Positions 9,719 to 19,764 of a stretch of DNA of 64,000 bases are shown in pieces. The notes below the pieces were generated by a model. That model had not been told where the DNA came from, ran no database searches, and saw nothing but the letters and a program-made list of their open reading frames with translations. The number at the start of each line of letters is the position of its first letter. Position 1 is the stretch's first letter. This DNA is from Pseudomonadota bacterium (lineage in GTDB: Bacteria > Pseudomonadota > Alphaproteobacteria > Rhizobiales > Beijerinckiaceae), in NCBI GenBank assembly GCA_020161575.1, contig JAIUNR010000008.1:29195-93194 (forward strand). The letters run 5' to 3'. The position numbers and the translations under genes were made by a program.

Positions 9719-11335
9719 ATGCCCATGTTTTCACCGAAAATCGTACTCGGGTTGACCGCGGCTTGTCTTTACGCGCTGCCGGCCGCTTCGCAAAACCTGC
9801 GTGTCGCGCTTTCTTCCGAGCCGACGGCGTTGGATCCCCATTATCACGATCTCTCGCCCAACAACGCGTTGGCGATGCATATCTTCGACTCCCTCGTCCT
9901 TCAGGACGAGAAGCAGTTTCCGCGGCCCGGCCTTGCCCTTTCCTGGACCAGCGATGGCCAGAAGACCTGGACCTTCAAGCTCCGCCAGGGCGTGAACTTC
10001 TCGAACGGCAAGCCGTTCACGGCGGATGACGTGATCTTCTCCTTCTGCCGCACGTTGAAGAACGAAACCGCGGTCGCCGGCTCTTATGCCGATATCACCG
10101 CGAATTTCGTCTCCGTCCGCGCGCCGGATCCGCATACGGTTGTGATCGAGACCAAGGAAGTCGATCCCTTCCTGCCGAACTATCTCGCCGGCGTCGCGAT
10201 GCTTTCCTCGTCGATCGTGACCCATGACAAGCTCACCTTCGACGTGCCCAACAATTGCGGCGTCAAAGGTGCCTGGCCGACCATCGCGAACTTCAACGAT
10301 GGATCGATGGCGATCGGCACTGGCCCCTACAAGCTCAAGAGCTACGTCAAGGGTGCGCATATCGAGCTGGAGCGCAATCCGCGCTACTGGGGCAATGCCG
10401 AGCCGTGGGAGAACGTGCGTTTCGTGCCGGTCACCAATGCCGGTCCGCGTCTCGCGGGTCTTCTGGCGGGCGATTACGACGTGATCGAAAACCCGGCCGC
10501 GCGCGATCTCGGTCGCATTCGCGATGACCAGCGCTTCGGCCATATCATCACGCCCTCGACGCGCGTGATCTACTTCCAGCTCGATGTGGGACGCGACGAT
10601 TCGCCCTTCGTGAAGGCCGAAAAGGGCGGCAATCCGCTTAAAGATGCGCGCGTGCGCAAGGCCATGCTGATGGCGATTGACCGCGAGGCGATCATCAAGC
10701 GGATCATGGACGGCGCGGCGGAGCAGGCGCATCAGTTCCTGCCGACCGGCATGTCGGGCACGTTGCCCGCGCCGCCGGTCACGAAATACGATCCGCGCGC
10801 GGCCAAGGCGCTGCTGGCCGAGGCCGGTTATCCCAACGGCTTCTCGCTCACGCTCTCCTCGACCAACGACCGTTACATCAATGACGGGCAGGTTACGCAG
10901 GCGGTTGCGCAGTATCTGACGCAGATCGGCATCAAGACCGAAGTCGATGCGATGTCGCGCGCGCTGTATTTCCCGCGCCGTGCGAAGAAGGAATTCTCCG
11001 TGGCGATCGGTGGCTGGTCTTCCGGCACCGGCGAAGCCTCGAGCTTCCTGAAGCAGTGGGGTGCGACCCCCAATGCCGCGAAGACGGTGGGTGGCTCGAA
11101 CTATGGCGGCTATTCCGACAAAGCCTTCGACGAAGTGATCAACAAGGCGATCACGACCATGGATGTCACCCAGCGCGAAGTGCTGCTGCGCAAGGCGGGT
11201 GCACATCTGATCGAGGCCGGTGTCTTCATGCCGCTGCATTTCGAGAGCACGATCTGGGCCTACAAGGGTAACCTCAAGATTACGGGCCGGTTCGACCAGT
11301 ACACCCTTGCCATGTCCGTGCGTCCGGCGAAATAA
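9719..11335 (+). CDS. Family 5 peptide ABC substrate-binding protein
   Basis: Signal peptide, PTALDPH, GLALSW, WTFKLRQGVNFSNGKPFTADDV, IGTGPYKL, AKALLAEAGYPNGF; GGAGGAG RBS. Confidence 0.93.
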   Translation: MPMFSPKIVLGLTAACLYALPAASQNLRVALSSEPTALDPHYHDLSPNNALAMHIFDSLVLQDEKQFPRPGLALSWTSDGQKTWTFKLRQGVNFSNGKPFTADDVIFSFCRTLKNETAVAGSYADITANFVSVRAPDPHTVVIETKEVDPFLPNYLAGVAMLSSSIVTHDKLTFDVPNNCGVKGAWPTIANFNDGSMAIGTGPYKLKSYVKGAHIELERNPRYWGNAEPWENVRFVPVTNAGPRLAGLLAGDYDVIENPAARDLGRIRDDQRFGHIITPSTRVIYFQLDVGRDDSPFVKAEKGGNPLKDARVRKAMLMAIDREAIIKRIMDGAAEQAHQFLPTGMSGTLPAPPVTKYDPRAAKALLAEAGYPNGFSLTLSSTNDRYINDGQVTQAVAQYLTQIGIKTEVDAMSRALYFPRRAKKEFSVAIGGWSSGTGEASSFLKQWGATPNAAKTVGGSNYGGYSDKAFDEVINKAITTMDVTQREVLLRKAGAHLIEAGVFMPLHFESTIWAYKGNLKITGRFDQYTLAMSVRPAK

Positions 11336-11374
11336 CGCCGGACCCAGGGACAAGATCATCGCGAGCAGATCGAT

Positions 11375-12352
11375 ATGGCCGCCTTTATTCTTCAGCGCCT
11401 GATACAGAGCGTCTTTGTTCTGCTCGCGGTGTCGCTTGCCGTTTTCCTTGCGGTTTACGGCATCGGCGATCCGATTGAATTGCTGGTCTCGCCGCAGGTC
11501 GGCGCGGCCGAACGTGAGGCGATGATCCGGCGGCTTGGCCTCGATCAGCCGGTGCATATCCAATACCTGACTTTCCTTCTCGGTGCTCTGAAGGGCGATC
11601 TCGGTCGCTCCTTCGTGCACGGAATTCCGGCTGTAGAGCTGATCATCAGCCGTTTCCCTGCGACTTTCGAACTCGTTCTGGTGGCGATGTTCCTTGCGAT
11701 GGCCATCGGCATTCCGCTTGGTCTCGTCGCGGGGCTCGCCCCGGAGAGCCGCGGCGCGCGCGTCATCATGGCGGGTACGGTGCTCGGCTATTCGCTGCCG
11801 AGCTTCTGGAAGGGCATGATGCTGATGCTGCTCTTCGCGGTGGTGCTGCGCTGGTTTCCCACGGCAGGCCGCGGGGAAACCGTGATGGTGCTCGGCATGA
11901 AGACCAGCCTCTTCACGGCGGAAGGCTGGCGGCATCTGGCCCTGCCCGCCCTCAATCTCTCGATTCCCAACATGGCGCTCCTCGCGCGGCTTGTCGCGGC
12001 GGGTGCGAGCGAGGCGGCGACGCAGGATTACGTGCGCTATGCGCGTGCGAAAGGTGTCCGCCCCCGCCGGATCGTTGGACGGCATATCCTGCGCAATATT
12101 CTCATTCCCGTGGTGACGGTCGTCGGGATCGAGTTCGGCAGCCTTGTTGCCTTCTCGACGATCACCGAGACGGTTTTCGCCTGGCCGGGCATGGGTAAAT
12201 TGCTGATCGACAGCATCTACCAGCTCGATCGCCCGGTGGTGGTGGCCTATGTCCTGCTGGCCACGGCGCTGTTCGTCACCGTCAATCTGGTGGTGGATAT
12301 CCTTTATGCCGCGCTCGACCCGCGCGTGAAACTCTCCGGACAAACCTCATGA
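11375..12352 (+). CDS. Peptide ABC permease (DppB/OppB type)
   Basis: GLDQP, GDLGRSF, FPATFEL, DYVRYARAKG, HILRN, ETVFAWPGMG, DPRV. Confidence 0.93.
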   Translation: MAAFILQRLIQSVFVLLAVSLAVFLAVYGIGDPIELLVSPQVGAAEREAMIRRLGLDQPVHIQYLTFLLGALKGDLGRSFVHGIPAVELIISRFPATFELVLVAMFLAMAIGIPLGLVAGLAPESRGARVIMAGTVLGYSLPSFWKGMMLMLLFAVVLRWFPTAGRGETVMVLGMKTSLFTAEGWRHLALPALNLSIPNMALLARLVAAGASEAATQDYVRYARAKGVRPRRIVGRHILRNILIPVVTVVGIEFGSLVAFSTITETVFAWPGMGKLLIDSIYQLDRPVVVAYVLLATALFVTVNLVVDILYAALDPRVKLSGQTS

Positions 12353-13260
12353 CTTCGCTCCCGCGTGATGGCGCCCCGCCGCTTGCCATCGACACGCCGA
12401 TCCGCCGGCGCGTGCTTCTGCTGGCCCGACGCCGCCCAACGACGCGCGGCTCCCTGCTGGCATTGCTGGCGCTGGCCCTTGCCGTGATGCTTGCGCCGCT
12501 GCTCGCGCCGCAAAACCCGTATGACCTGGCAAGCCTTTCCGTTATGGACAACCGCCTCGCGCCCGGCGAACAGGGCATGGGTGGCATCACCTATTGGCTG
12601 GGCACCGATTCGCAGGGGCGCGACATGCTCAGCGCCATTCTCCACGGCATGCGCACGAGCCTGATCGTCGGCGTGGCCTCCACCGCGATCGCGCTCGCCA
12701 TTGGCGTGGCGGCGGGGCTTGTCGCGGCGCAGTTCGGCGGGGCCATTGATTCCGCGATCATGCGGCTTGTCGATTTCATGCTGGGCTTCCCCTCCATCCT
12801 CGTGGCGCTGGTGCTGCTCTCGGCGATCGGGCGCGGCGTGGACAAGGTGATCCTCGCCATCGTCCTCGTGCAATGGGCGCAATACGCCCGCCTGATGCGC
12901 GCCGCCGCGATGGTGGAGCGGCGCAAGGAATATATCGAGGCGGCGGTGAATTTCGGGCTGCCGACGCGCCACATCATGCTTGCGCATCTGCTGCCCAACT
13001 CCATCGGCTCGGTCCTCGTGGTGGCCACGATCTCCATCGCCTCCGCGATCGCGCTCGAGGCGACCTTGTCCTTTCTCGGGGTCGGCGTCCCCGTGACACA
13101 GCCCTCGCTCGGATTGCTGATCGCGAACGGGTTCGAATTCCTGCTCTCCGGCGAATACTGGATCGCGGTTTTCCCCGGCCTCGCGCTTGTGGCGCTGATC
13201 ATGTCCATCAACCTTATCGGCGACCGGCTTCGCCGCAGCCTGAACCGGCGCGCATTATGA
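12349..13260 (+). CDS. Peptide ABC permease (DppC/OppC type)
   Basis: WLGTDSQGRDM, EYIEAA, HLLPN, LSFLGVG. Confidence 0.93.
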   Translation: MTSLPRDGAPPLAIDTPIRRRVLLLARRRPTTRGSLLALLALALAVMLAPLLAPQNPYDLASLSVMDNRLAPGEQGMGGITYWLGTDSQGRDMLSAILHGMRTSLIVGVASTAIALAIGVAAGLVAAQFGGAIDSAIMRLVDFMLGFPSILVALVLLSAIGRGVDKVILAIVLVQWAQYARLMRAAAMVERRKEYIEAAVNFGLPTRHIMLAHLLPNSIGSVLVVATISIASAIALEATLSFLGVGVPVTQPSLGLLIANGFEFLLSGEYWIAVFPGLALVALIMSINLIGDRLRRSLNRRAL

Positions 13261-14252
13261 GCACGAAGAAGCGCGATACCGCCCTGATCGAGGTCCGGGG
13301 TTTGACCACCGTGTTTCATGCCGAAAACGGTGCCTGGCCTGCGGTGCAGGATGTCAGCTTCGTGCTGCGCCCCGGCGAGGTGCTCGGCCTTGTCGGCGAA
13401 TCCGGCTCGGGGAAATCCGTCACCGGCTTCTCCTTGGTCGGGTTGATCGACCCGCCGGGCGAGATCGTCGCCGGCGAGATCCGCTATGGCGGCGAGGATC
13501 TGCGCACGCTGGCGCCCGAGCGCCTGCGCGCCCTGCGCGGCGATCGCATCGCGATGATCTTCCAGGATCCGCTGATGACGCTCAACCCGGTCCTGACCAT
13601 CGGCGAGCAGATGGCCGAGGCGATTCTCGAACATCACGACGAAAGCCGCTCCGGCGCGCTCGCGCGTGCGGCGCAGGCGCTGGCAAGGGTGGGGATTTCC
13701 TCTCCGGATGCGCGGCTGAAGCAATATCCGCACGAGCTTTCGGGCGGCATGCGCCAGCGCGTCGCCATCGCCATCGCCATGCTCAACGGGCCGGACCTCA
13801 TCATCGCCGACGAGCCGACCACCGCGCTTGATGTCACGATCCAGAACCAGATCCTGCATGAAGTGCAAAAGCTCGCGCGCGAAAGCGGCACCGCCCTGCT
13901 CTGGATCACGCATGATCTCGCGGTCATCGCCGAACTCGCTGACCGCATCGCGGTGATGTATAGCGGCTATATCGTCGAGACCGGCCCGGTCGATGCCATT
14001 ATCGACCGGCCGCGCCATCCCTATACCGCCGGATTGCTCGCCTCCGCTGCGACCCATGCGCAGCCGGGCGAGCGGCTGCGCCAGATCGACGGCATGGCGC
14101 CGCGCATCGATTCGCGTCCCTCGGGATGTCCGTTCCGCACCCGCTGTGATCGCGCTTCCCCGGCCTGCGCCGGAGCGATGCCGCCACCCCAAGGGGATGA
14201 GACCCATCTCTTCCGTTGCCACAATCCCCTGCCCGCCGGAGGGACGCCATGA
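13257..14252 (+). CDS. Peptide ABC ATP-binding protein (DppD type)
   Basis: [31 protein letters not shown] and GCPFRTRC; ATG at 13257 overlaps the upstream stop. Confidence 0.93.
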   Translation: MSTKKRDTALIEVRGLTTVFHAENGAWPAVQDVSFVLRPGEVLGLVGESGSGKSVTGFSLVGLIDPPGEIVAGEIRYGGEDLRTLAPERLRALRGDRIAMIFQDPLMTLNPVLTIGEQMAEAILEHHDESRSGALARAAQALARVGISSPDARLKQYPHELSGGMRQRVAIAIAMLNGPDLIIADEPTTALDVTIQNQILHEVQKLARESGTALLWITHDLAVIAELADRIAVMYSGYIVETGPVDAIIDRPRHPYTAGLLASAATHAQPGERLRQIDGMAPRIDSRPSGCPFRTRCDRASPACAGAMPPPQGDETHLFRCHNPLPAGGTP

Positions 14253-15259
14253 GCGCGCCGCTTCTTGAACTCAAAGGGATCACGCGGCATTTCTCCGCCA
14301 AGCGCAGCCTTGCCGAGCATATTCTCGGCGCGTTCGGGCATGCTTCCGCGCAGCCGAAGATCCTGCGCGCGGTGGAGGGCGTCGATCTCGAGATCCGCAA
14401 GGGCGAGGTGCTGGGCCTCGTGGGTGAATCCGGGTGCGGCAAATCGACCCTCGCGCGCGTCGCGACCGGGATCCTGCCGCCGACAGCCGGCTCCCTCGCC
14501 TATGCCGGACGCGATGTCGCGACGCTGAGCCGCGCGCAACGCCTTGAATATCTCCTCAAGGTGCAGATGGTGTTTCAGGACCCCTATGCCTCGCTCGATC
14601 CGCGCATGAATGTCGAGCGGATTGTCGGTGAGGCGCTGGCTGTCCATAAGCTCGCGCCGCGCGGTGATATCGCGGCACGGGTCGAGAAAGCTTTGACCGA
14701 GGTCGGGCTCGATCCGGCCTATGCGAAGCGCTATCCGCATCAATTCTCCGGGGGGCAGCGCCAGAGGATCGGCATCGCCCGTGCGCTTGCCGTCGAGCCC
14801 GATCTTCTGGTTTGCGACGAGCCGGTCTCGGCGCTCGATGTCTCGATCCAGGCGCAGATCGTCAATCTGTTCCTCGATATCCGCGCGAAACGCGCCATGA
14901 CCTATCTCTTCGTCAGCCATGACCTGGGGATCGTGCGCCATGTCAGCGACCGCGTGGCGATCATGTATCTCGGGCGTATCGTCGAGATCGGTCCGGCGCA
15001 GGAGGTTTTTTCCAGCCCGGCGCATCCTTATGCTGCGGCGCTGATCGGCGCGATTCCCTCCCTTTCGCGGCGTAAACGCAGTTTCGAGCCGATTCCGGGT
15101 GAAATGCCCTCCCCGCTCGCGCCGCCTTCCGGCTGCCCCTTCCATCCGCGTTGCGCGCATGCATTGCCGGTCTGTTCCGAGCGGCGACCCGTTCTCGCGC
15201 CCATCGCCCCCGGCAGACAGGCCGCATGTCATCTCCACGCAGCAGAGGCCGCCTCATGA
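14249..15259 (+). CDS. Peptide ABC ATP-binding protein (DppF type)
   Basis: [34 protein letters not shown]. Confidence 0.93.
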   Translation: MSAPLLELKGITRHFSAKRSLAEHILGAFGHASAQPKILRAVEGVDLEIRKGEVLGLVGESGCGKSTLARVATGILPPTAGSLAYAGRDVATLSRAQRLEYLLKVQMVFQDPYASLDPRMNVERIVGEALAVHKLAPRGDIAARVEKALTEVGLDPAYAKRYPHQFSGGQRQRIGIARALAVEPDLLVCDEPVSALDVSIQAQIVNLFLDIRAKRAMTYLFVSHDLGIVRHVSDRVAIMYLGRIVEIGPAQEVFSSPAHPYAAALIGAIPSLSRRKRSFEPIPGEMPSPLAPPSGCPFHPRCAHALPVCSERRPVLAPIAPGRQAACHLHAAEAAS

Positions 15260-16119
15260 CGATTTCCCTCCCCCCGGCAGGGCGCAGCGCTTTCGCCTTC
15301 GTCGATCCGAATAATCCCGACCTGCCGCTGGTGGTGAACGTGTTCCGCTCCGAGGGGTATCGCCCCGGCGGCAAGGTCGTGTTCGTCCAGCATGGCATGC
15401 TGCGCAATGGCGACGAATACCGCGATTTCTGGATCGAGGATGCCAAGCGGCATGACCTGCTGATCGTCGCGCCGACTTTCGACAATACCCGCTTTCCCGA
15501 TGCGCGGAACTACAATGACGGCATGGTTCGCGCCGAGAATGGCGCGATCAGCCCGGTTTCCCATTGGCTCTACCGCATTCCGGCGCTGATTCTGGCCGCT
15601 TTGCGCGCCGGCGGCGCCGTGGAGGGTGACGCGATCTACCTTTACGGGCATTCGGCCGGCGGACAATTCGCGCATCGCCTTGTCGCGACGCAAGGTTCCC
15701 TGCCCTTCCGCGCGGTCATCGCCGCCAATGCGGGCTGGTATACCCTGCCCCTGCTTGAAAGGCCTTTCCCTGAAGGGCTGGCCGATCTCGGTTTTGCGCG
15801 CGCGGATCTCGCCCGCTGGTTCGCGGCGCCGATGACGCTTCTCGCCGGCGACAGGGATACGGATACCGCCGATCCCAATCTTCCCGCTTTGGCCGAGGCG
15901 CTGGCGCAAGGCCCGCACCGCTTCGCGCGCGCCCATTTCATGTTCGATCTCGCGCGCGCCGAGGCGCAGCGTCTCGGCTTGCCGTTCAACTGGTCGCTTG
16001 TTCCGGTTTCGGGTATCGGCCATGACGGCGCCGCGATGTCGCGCGTTGCCGCCGCGCATTGGTTCGGCGCGCCGGGTGATGTCGCCGCGGCGCGTCCATC
16101 GGCGGGCGCCGTTCTCTGA
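15256..16119 (+). CDS. Alpha/beta-fold serine hydrolase
   Basis: GHSAGGQ nucleophile elbow, HG oxyanion motif (VQHGMLRN), candidate Asp (AGDRD) and His (GIGHDG); coupled to the ABC operon. Confidence 0.78.
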   Translation: MTISLPPAGRSAFAFVDPNNPDLPLVVNVFRSEGYRPGGKVVFVQHGMLRNGDEYRDFWIEDAKRHDLLIVAPTFDNTRFPDARNYNDGMVRAENGAISPVSHWLYRIPALILAALRAGGAVEGDAIYLYGHSAGGQFAHRLVATQGSLPFRAVIAANAGWYTLPLLERPFPEGLADLGFARADLARWFAAPMTLLAGDRDTDTADPNLPALAEALAQGPHRFARAHFMFDLARAEAQRLGLPFNWSLVPVSGIGHDGAAMSRVAAAHWFGAPGDVAAARPSAGAVL

Positions 16120-16141
16120 TCCTGGGCGAACAAGGCGCAGC

Positions 16142-17152
16142 ATGCCCCGTCCCTTCATCATCGGCGATCTGCCGGCCGGACCGCGCAACAGCCTCGCCGA
16201 TGTGCCCGGCCTGCGCGTCGGCCACCGCACGATCATCCGGGGTGACCTGCGCACGGGCGTGAGCGCGATCCTGCCGCATGATGGCGACCTTTTCCGCGAG
16301 AAGGTGCCGGGCGCGGTGCATGTGATCAACGGTTTCGGCAAGAGCGCGGGGTTGATGCAGCTCGATGAGCTGGGCCAGATCGAAACGCCGATCCTGCTCA
16401 CCAACACGCTTTCCGTCCCCGCCTGTTCCGAGGCGCTGATCCGCCGCGCCATCGCGGCGAACCCGGCCATCGGCCGCGCGACCGGCACGGTGAATGCGCT
16501 CGTCGGGGAATGCAATGACGGGTATCTGAGCGATATCCAGGCGCTGGCCGTGACGCCGGAGGATGCCGAGGCCGCCCTCGCCGCTGCTTCGGAGGATTTC
16601 GCACGCGGCGCGGTTGGTGCAGGCACCGGCATGAGCTGCTTCGGCTTCAAGGGCGGCATCGGCACCGCCTCCCGCCGGCTCGATCTCGACGGCGCGCCCT
16701 ATCATCTGGGTGTTCTCGTCCTGTCGAATTTCGGTCGCCCCGGCGATCTGCGCCTGCCCGACGGGCGGCGGATCGCCCCGCCTGAGGCGCCCGCCCCTCC
16801 CCCGTCCGAGCGCGGTTCGATCATCGTTGTCATGGGCACCGATATTCCGCTCGATCACCGCCAGCTTCAGCGCGTCATCCGGCGCGCCGGCGTCGGGCTC
16901 GCGCGGCTGGGCTCCTTCTGGGGGCATGGCAGCGGCGATGTCGCGATCGGGTTCACGACCGCCTGGCGCATCCGCCACGCGGAAAAGGCGGATCTGATCC
17001 CGATCCGCATGCTCAACGAGAACCGCATCGATCTTCTTTTCCGCGCCATGAGCGACGCGACCGAGGAGGCGATCCTCGATTCGATGCTCTGCGCCCCGGC
17101 CATGCATGGCCGCGACGGCCATTTCCGGCCCTCCCTGGCCGATTCCATCTGA
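16142..17152 (+). CDS. DmpA-like P1/S58 aminopeptidase (L-aminopeptidase/D-esterase family)
   Basis: NSLADVPGLRVGH, NGFGKSAGL, ILLTNT, VGECNDG, GAVGAGTGM, GFKGGIGTASR, NFG, ERGSIIVV (autoprocessing G-S), HGSGD. Confidence 0.88.
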   Translation: MPRPFIIGDLPAGPRNSLADVPGLRVGHRTIIRGDLRTGVSAILPHDGDLFREKVPGAVHVINGFGKSAGLMQLDELGQIETPILLTNTLSVPACSEALIRRAIAANPAIGRATGTVNALVGECNDGYLSDIQALAVTPEDAEAALAAASEDFARGAVGAGTGMSCFGFKGGIGTASRRLDLDGAPYHLGVLVLSNFGRPGDLRLPDGRRIAPPEAPAPPPSERGSIIVVMGTDIPLDHRQLQRVIRRAGVGLARLGSFWGHGSGDVAIGFTTAWRIRHAEKADLIPIRMLNENRIDLLFRAMSDATEEAILDSMLCAPAMHGRDGHFRPSLADSI

Positions 17153-17181
17153 ATCCTGCTGATTTCCGCGCGAACCGGCTT

Positions 17182-17195
17182 TTGACAGCTGTCAA
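17182..17195. promoter_or_regulatory. Candidate parS centromere (perfect 14-bp palindrome)
   Basis: TTGACAGCTGTCAA about 180 bp upstream of repA; fits the inner 14 positions of the recalled repABC parS consensus GTTNNCNGCNGNNAAC. Confidence 0.55.
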
Positions 17196-17373
17196 TTTGC
17201 CCGAGTTATCCCCGCTCCCGATGGCCATGCTAGCCTGGGCTTGACTCGACTCAGCGGCTGAACCTTTCTTGTCACGCCAGTTTCCCGCGCAGCCCGGTTT
17301 TCGCGCGGTAACGGTTTGTGAGCGTTTCGTGCCCATTCTCCGTTATAAAGGGATTCCAACGCAAAGTGATTCG

Positions 17374-18591
17374 ATGAACCTTTCCGAGAGCAAGCCACAG
17401 CCCAGCGCCATCGACGCCGTCATCTCCGCGGATGCCGAGGGGTTGTCGCGTCAGCTTCAGGCGCTGCGGGCGCGCTTTTTCCCGCCCGAGGCGCAGAAGA
17501 CCCTGCGGCGTTTCACCTCCGGCGAGGCCGCGCGGCTGATCGGCGTTTCGGACAGCTACCTGCGCCAGCTCAGCCTGGCGGGAGAGGGGCCCGATCCCGA
17601 ATTGGGCGCGGGCGGACGCCGGCTCTACACGCTCGAGCAGATCAATCTCCTGCGCGAGAAGCTGGCGGGGCAGGGCGGCGCCAAGGCGCTTGGCTATTGG
17701 CCGCGCCGGCGCGACGGCGAACATCTGCAGGTGCTCGCCGTCGCCAATTTCAAGGGCGGCTCCGGCAAGACGACGACCACCGCGCATCTCGCGCAATATT
17801 TCGCCCTGCGCGGCTACCGTGTGCTCGCGGTGGATCTCGATCCGCAAGCCTCGCTCTCGACGCTGTTCGGCGTGCAGCCGGAATTCGATCTTTCCCCCAA
17901 TGACACGCTCTATGGCGCGATCCGCTACGATGAGGAAAGGCGGCCCTTGCGCGAGATCATCAAGCGCACCTATTTCGCGGGGCTCGATCTCGTGCCCGGC
18001 AATCTCGAACTGCATGAATTCGAGCATACCACGCCCAAGATTCTCGCCCAGCAGAAGCCCGGGGAAACGCCCTTCTTCGCCCGTATCGCCACCGCGCTCG
18101 CGGAAGTGGAGGCGGATTACGACATCGTGGTGATCGATTGCCCGCCCCAGCTCGGCTTTCTCACCCTGGGCGCGCTCTGCGCCGCGACGGGGCTGATCGT
18201 CACCGTGCATCCGCAGATGCTCGATGTCGCCTCGATGAGCCAGTTCCTGTTCATGACCTCGGATCTGCTCGCCGTGGTGCGCGAGGCGGGGGGCGATCTG
18301 AGCTTTGATTTCCTGCGCTATCTCATCACCCGCCACGAGCCCAATGACGGCCCGCAGGCGCAGATCGCGGCATTCCTGCGCACGCAATTCGGCGAGCGCG
18401 TGCTCACCAACGCCATGCTCAAATCCACCGCGATCGCCGATGCCGGGCTCACCAAGCAGACAATTTACGAGGTCGGCAGGGAGAATTTCTCGCGCCAGAC
18501 CTACGAGCGCGTGCTCGAAAGCCTCGATTCGGTCAATGGCGAGATCGAGGCGCTTGTGCGCCGCGCCTGGGGCAGGGGAGGGGAGAAATGA
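17374..18591 (+). CDS. repA: Plasmid partitioning ATPase RepA (ParA family)
   Basis: N-terminal HTH (FTSGEAARLIGVSDSYLRQL), deviant Walker A NFKGGSGKTTT, DLDPQASL, VIDCPPQLG; first gene of a repABC triad. Confidence 0.95.
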   Translation: MNLSESKPQPSAIDAVISADAEGLSRQLQALRARFFPPEAQKTLRRFTSGEAARLIGVSDSYLRQLSLAGEGPDPELGAGGRRLYTLEQINLLREKLAGQGGAKALGYWPRRRDGEHLQVLAVANFKGGSGKTTTTAHLAQYFALRGYRVLAVDLDPQASLSTLFGVQPEFDLSPNDTLYGAIRYDEERRPLREIIKRTYFAGLDLVPGNLELHEFEHTTPKILAQQKPGETPFFARIATALAEVEADYDIVVIDCPPQLGFLTLGALCAATGLIVTVHPQMLDVASMSQFLFMTSDLLAVVREAGGDLSFDFLRYLITRHEPNDGPQAQIAAFLRTQFGERVLTNAMLKSTAIADAGLTKQTIYEVGRENFSRQTYERVLESLDSVNGEIEALVRRAWGRGGEK

Positions 18592-19658
18592 ACCGCCGCC
18601 GCGATGATCTGCGTGCCCTGCTGATCGGCTCCGCCCCTGCGCCGGCGGCGGAAGCACCCCCTGCGCCGGAGGCGACGCCGCGCGCGGCGTCGGGGGCCGT
18701 CAAGGCGATGGGGTTGTCGCTGAGCCAACGGGCGCGCGAGGCGGAGGAAACCGCCCGCACGTTGGAGGAGACGCAAGCAGCCCTGACGCGGCTTCAGGCG
18801 GATATCGCGGCCGGGGCGCGCGTCGTGGAGCTTGATCCGGGGCTGGTCGATCCCTCTTTCGCGGCCGACCGTTTCGAGCTCGAGCCCGCCGAAGGCGCCG
18901 CCGATCCCGCTTTCGCGGCCTTCATCGAGGATATGCGGGTGCATGGCCAGCAGGTGCCGGTTCTCGTGCGTCCCAATCCGGGCGCCGAGGGGCGCTTCCA
19001 GCTCGCCTACGGGCATCGCCGCTGGCGCGCCGCGCGGGCTTTGGGCCAGCGTCTGCGCGCGGTCGTCAAGCCGCTTTCGGATGCCGATCTCGTGGTGGCG
19101 CAGGGCCAGGAAAACGCCCAACGGCGGGATCTGAGCTTCATCGAGAAGGCATTCTTCGCGCTCTCGCTGGATGACAAGGGGTTTGATCGCGCCACGCTCT
19201 GCGCCGCGCTCGCCGTGCAAAGCGCCGAAATCAGCCGGCTTCTGGCCGTGGCGCGGGCGGTGCCGCCTCGCCTCGTCGCGGCGATCGGGGCCGCGCCGAA
19301 GGCAGGCCGCCCGCGCTGGCTGGCGCTGGTCGACGCGCTGGCACAGCCGCGCGCGCAGACGCGCATCGATCGGGTTCTCGCCGATTCCGCCTTCCGGCGG
19401 GCAGAGAGCGACACGCGCTTTTCCATGGTTTTCGAAGCTTTGAGCCAGCCCGCGCCAATCGAAGCGCCGCAGGTCGTGCTGCGTACGCCCGGCGGCGCCC
19501 CGCTCGCGCGTCTCGATACGCGCGGGCGTGAGGCGCGTCTTGTCATCGATACGGCGCGGGCCCCTGATTTCGCCGCCCTGATCGCCGAACGCCTGCCCGC
19601 GCTTTATGCGGAATGGGCGCAGGCGCGCGGGGCAGATCCGTCAACCCAGAAAACCTGA
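18588..19658 (+). CDS. repB: Plasmid partitioning protein RepB (ParB family)
   Basis: GQQVPVLVRP, AYGHRRWRAA (ParB GxRR), QGQENAQRRDLSFIEKA; ATGA-coupled to repA. Confidence 0.94.
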   Translation: MNRRRDDLRALLIGSAPAPAAEAPPAPEATPRAASGAVKAMGLSLSQRAREAEETARTLEETQAALTRLQADIAAGARVVELDPGLVDPSFAADRFELEPAEGAADPAFAAFIEDMRVHGQQVPVLVRPNPGAEGRFQLAYGHRRWRAARALGQRLRAVVKPLSDADLVVAQGQENAQRRDLSFIEKAFFALSLDDKGFDRATLCAALAVQSAEISRLLAVARAVPPRLVAAIGAAPKAGRPRWLALVDALAQPRAQTRIDRVLADSAFRRAESDTRFSMVFEALSQPAPIEAPQVVLRTPGGAPLARLDTRGREARLVIDTARAPDFAALIAERLPALYAEWAQARGADPSTQKT

Positions 19659-19679
19659 AACCCAGGAGACCTGACCGGC

Positions 19680-19729
19680 AAAAGAAAAGGCCCCCGACGT
19701 TTCCACCGGAAGCCCTCTCATTGTGTAGC
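19680..19729 (-). ncRNA. Antisense counter-transcribed RNA (ctRNA/incA type) of the repABC replicon
   Basis: Lies in the repB-repC spacer; the minus strand reads GGGCTTCCGGTGGAAACGTCGGGGGCCTTTTCTTT (hairpin plus U-tract) downstream of a TTGACA/GATTCT promoter. Ends are approximate. Confidence 0.75.
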
Positions 19730-19735
19730 AGCTTG

Positions 19736-19764
19736 AGAATCCCACTTCCGCGAATCGCTGTCAA
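19736..19764 (-). promoter_or_regulatory. ctRNA promoter
   Basis: Minus strand TTGACA-GCGATTCGCGGAAGTGG(17)-GATTCT, the characteristic repABC ctRNA promoter layout. Confidence 0.8.

Noticed and set aside
1753-15259. Near-identical nucleotide stretches among the ABC ATPase genes
   Set aside because: They correspond to conserved Walker and signature motifs of paralogs, not mobile repeats.
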